A stretch of DNA of 38,872 nucleotides from Octopus sinensis (Eukaryota). The translations under genes were made by a program, and so were the position numbers. Under the pieces are notes generated by a model. The model ran no database searches. It was not told the DNA's origin and worked only from the letters and a program-made list of their open reading frames with translations. Below are positions 36,841 through 38,872 of the stretch, piece by piece. Location: positions 1 through 38,872 of the forward strand of contig NW_021835733.1 of the NCBI RefSeq assembly GCF_006345805.1, written 5' to 3'. Each line of letters begins with the position of its first letter. Position 1 is the stretch's first letter.

Positions 36841-37021
36841 TATAAACCTACGATTGTTTCGATTCAGACCCAATGATATATTTATAAAAATTCATGTTTA
36901 TGGGTAAGAATCTCATCAGGGAAATATTTCACAAATATTTCCCTTTTGAGATTTTTACCTATAAACATGAATTTTTGTAAATTTATTATTGGGTCTGAAT
37001 CGAAACAATTGTAGGATTATA
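36841..37021. repeat. 181-bp foldback palindrome, MITE-like (89-bp arms, 3-nt loop)
   Basis: The arms match at 80/89 positions with no indels, centred on 36931. Both ends are TATA. Confidence 0.9.
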
Positions 37022-37369
37022 TCATTTATATTATAATTATATATTATATTATATTATATTATATTATATTATATTATATTAATAATATATTATGTTAATA
37101 AATAAAAATATGTCAATCGTAAATCTCATTTTTGTATATTGAAATTTAAATTTGGGAAAAATTATTCTCTGCTATATTGGGTATAAACAGCCAAACCAAT
37201 GGAAAAGTGGATGCTTTTGCATTCCTGTAGAGGAAAATGTTTTCCTTGTATTGAATTTATATATATTGTATTTCGGGATGGTCATATTTTTTTGTTTTGC
37301 CAACCGTAAAGATTTATATATATTATATATATATATTATATATATATATATATATATAATATATATAAA

Positions 37370-37545
37370 GTTAATCCAAACATGAAGCACAAAAAAACTC
37401 AACAACGCGAGGACGTGGAACAAATATAGTATTATTGGACGCTCAGGAAAGAAGAAAGAAGGAGGGTTTAACGTTTCGAGCGGAGCTCTTCGTCGAAACA
37501 TAGGAGAAGGAAAGATCCAGAGAAGGGAAGACAGAGGAAAAAATA
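37370..37545 (-). mobile_element. Short repeat family B, copy 2 (hammerhead-like motif)
   Basis: Minus strand GTTT-CGACGA-A-GAGC(TCC)GCTC-GAAACGTT-AAAC. It ends in (TA)n. Confidence 0.65.
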
Positions 37546-37654
37546 TATATATTGATAACCGTAAAGAGTTATATACATGCATAAATACATAAATACATGC
37601 ACGCGCGCCTGGATAGACACACTCAAACACACACACCTACATATATGTACATAT

Positions 37655-37783
37655 ATGACGGATTTCTTTCATTTTCCAAATCCACTCACAAGGCTTTGGT
37701 AGGTGCAAATCTGAAGTAGAAGATACACTGGATGCCAAGCAGACACAGAACCATGAAGCTGGTAAGCAAACTTACCACACAAT
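37655..37783 (-). mobile_element. SINE family 1, diverged 5' fragment
   Basis: tccactcacaaggctttgg and gaaccatgaagctggtaagcaaacttaccacac. Confidence 0.7.
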
Positions 37784-37794
37784 CAGGCATGTGT

Positions 37795-37972
37795 GTATAT
37801 AGCCATGCATATACATATACATATACATATATGTGTGTGCGTGCGTGTATGCGTGCGTGCGTGCGTGTATGCGTGTGCCTATGTATGTATGTATGTATGT
37901 GTGTATGTATGTATGTATGTATGTATGTATATGTGTGTGTATGTATGTATGTATGTATGTATGTATACAGAT
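37795..37972. repeat. (TACA)/(TGCG)/(TATG)n microsatellite
   Basis: Read directly from the sequence. Confidence 0.9.
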
Positions 37973-38872
37973 ATAATTAAGAGATTTTCTTCCAGACTGT
38001 TGTCGCATTCGACAGCAGTCTGCGTTCATTCACAATAGAAATCTCTTTTATATTCCACAACTGTGATATAAATCAAGAGAAAACTAAGTGTAATGCAACA
38101 CCCTTTCTCTCTAACGACGAAAACAGTTCTTTTATTGGCAGGATTAACATATCTTATTAATTTGTAACACCTTCGGATTGTCCAAAATATTATTACTAAA
38201 GATAATATTTGGTGTGTTGTACTTCGCGGCTATAATTCAATTTGGTGACACTCACGTAATTAAGAAATTATGCACCTTCATGAACCTTTACCTTATCACA
38301 TTATTTTAGCAATTTCTTATCCAAAATTATAATCAATAAAGGCAGGGAAATTTTTTATTTATAGTTTCATCAAAGTAGGGCAGCACCCATCAGGTTATCG
38401 TGACCCCTGAGACTATGTTGTTGTCGAAATAGATGTAAAATAAAACGACTCCTAATCTTGATTTTTATAGGGAGAAGTGCATTATGAGTGATTTATATAT
38501 CTTCAGAATTGTGATTTGGTCTGAATAATTGCAACAAAAGTAAATACTCCTGAATGTAATCAAATGTCAGGTGATAGGATTAAACAGAGCGATAGATTAA
38601 TTCTATAGGATTAAGCCGAGCGATCGTTTATGCCCATGGTAAAATTAGTAAAATATTAAAAAACAATGTCTTGCCATTTTAAACTAAGTCTCTTTACATT
38701 CTGAGTTCAAATAGTAAACCATTTGACGAATTTACTTTTCCTTATTTTGAAGACTAACAAAATATTAGTTTAAGTCGTGCATTGATTTAATCCCCTTAAA
38801 ATATTCTTCAAATAAATTGTCACTGTGGTCCGGTATACCCTTCCATTTTTAAAATAAATATTGAACAGAACT

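Overview
AT-rich, microsatellite-dense eukaryotic DNA. The SINE families, simple-repeat spectrum and transposon relics resemble a coleoid cephalopod (Octopus-like) genome; this is recalled pattern recognition, not a database result. No intact host gene, rRNA, true tRNA or CRISPR array is supportable, and almost all listed ORFs are translations of microsatellites. The window is a patchwork of: about 17 tRNA-headed SINE copies or fragments from several modular families (three with clear target-site duplications); decayed DNA transposons (mariner, maT/DD37D, hAT); non-LTR retrotransposon fragments (L1/Tx1, R4/Dong-like, RTE); and short repeats with degenerate hammerhead-ribozyme-like folds. The most interesting observations are a SINE whose 3' tail matches the 3' end of a local L1/Tx1 element (35/42 nt), hammerhead-like motifs in microsatellite-associated repeats, retroelements abutting (TAA)n and (ATCT)n arrays, an L1/Tx1 zinc-knuckle fragment captured inside a mariner, a 181-bp foldback with G.U-biased mismatches, a strong CTCF-like motif, and a CpG-rich, motif-dense unique region near 25.3-25.8 kb. 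I do not see evidence for a complete new multi-gene system.
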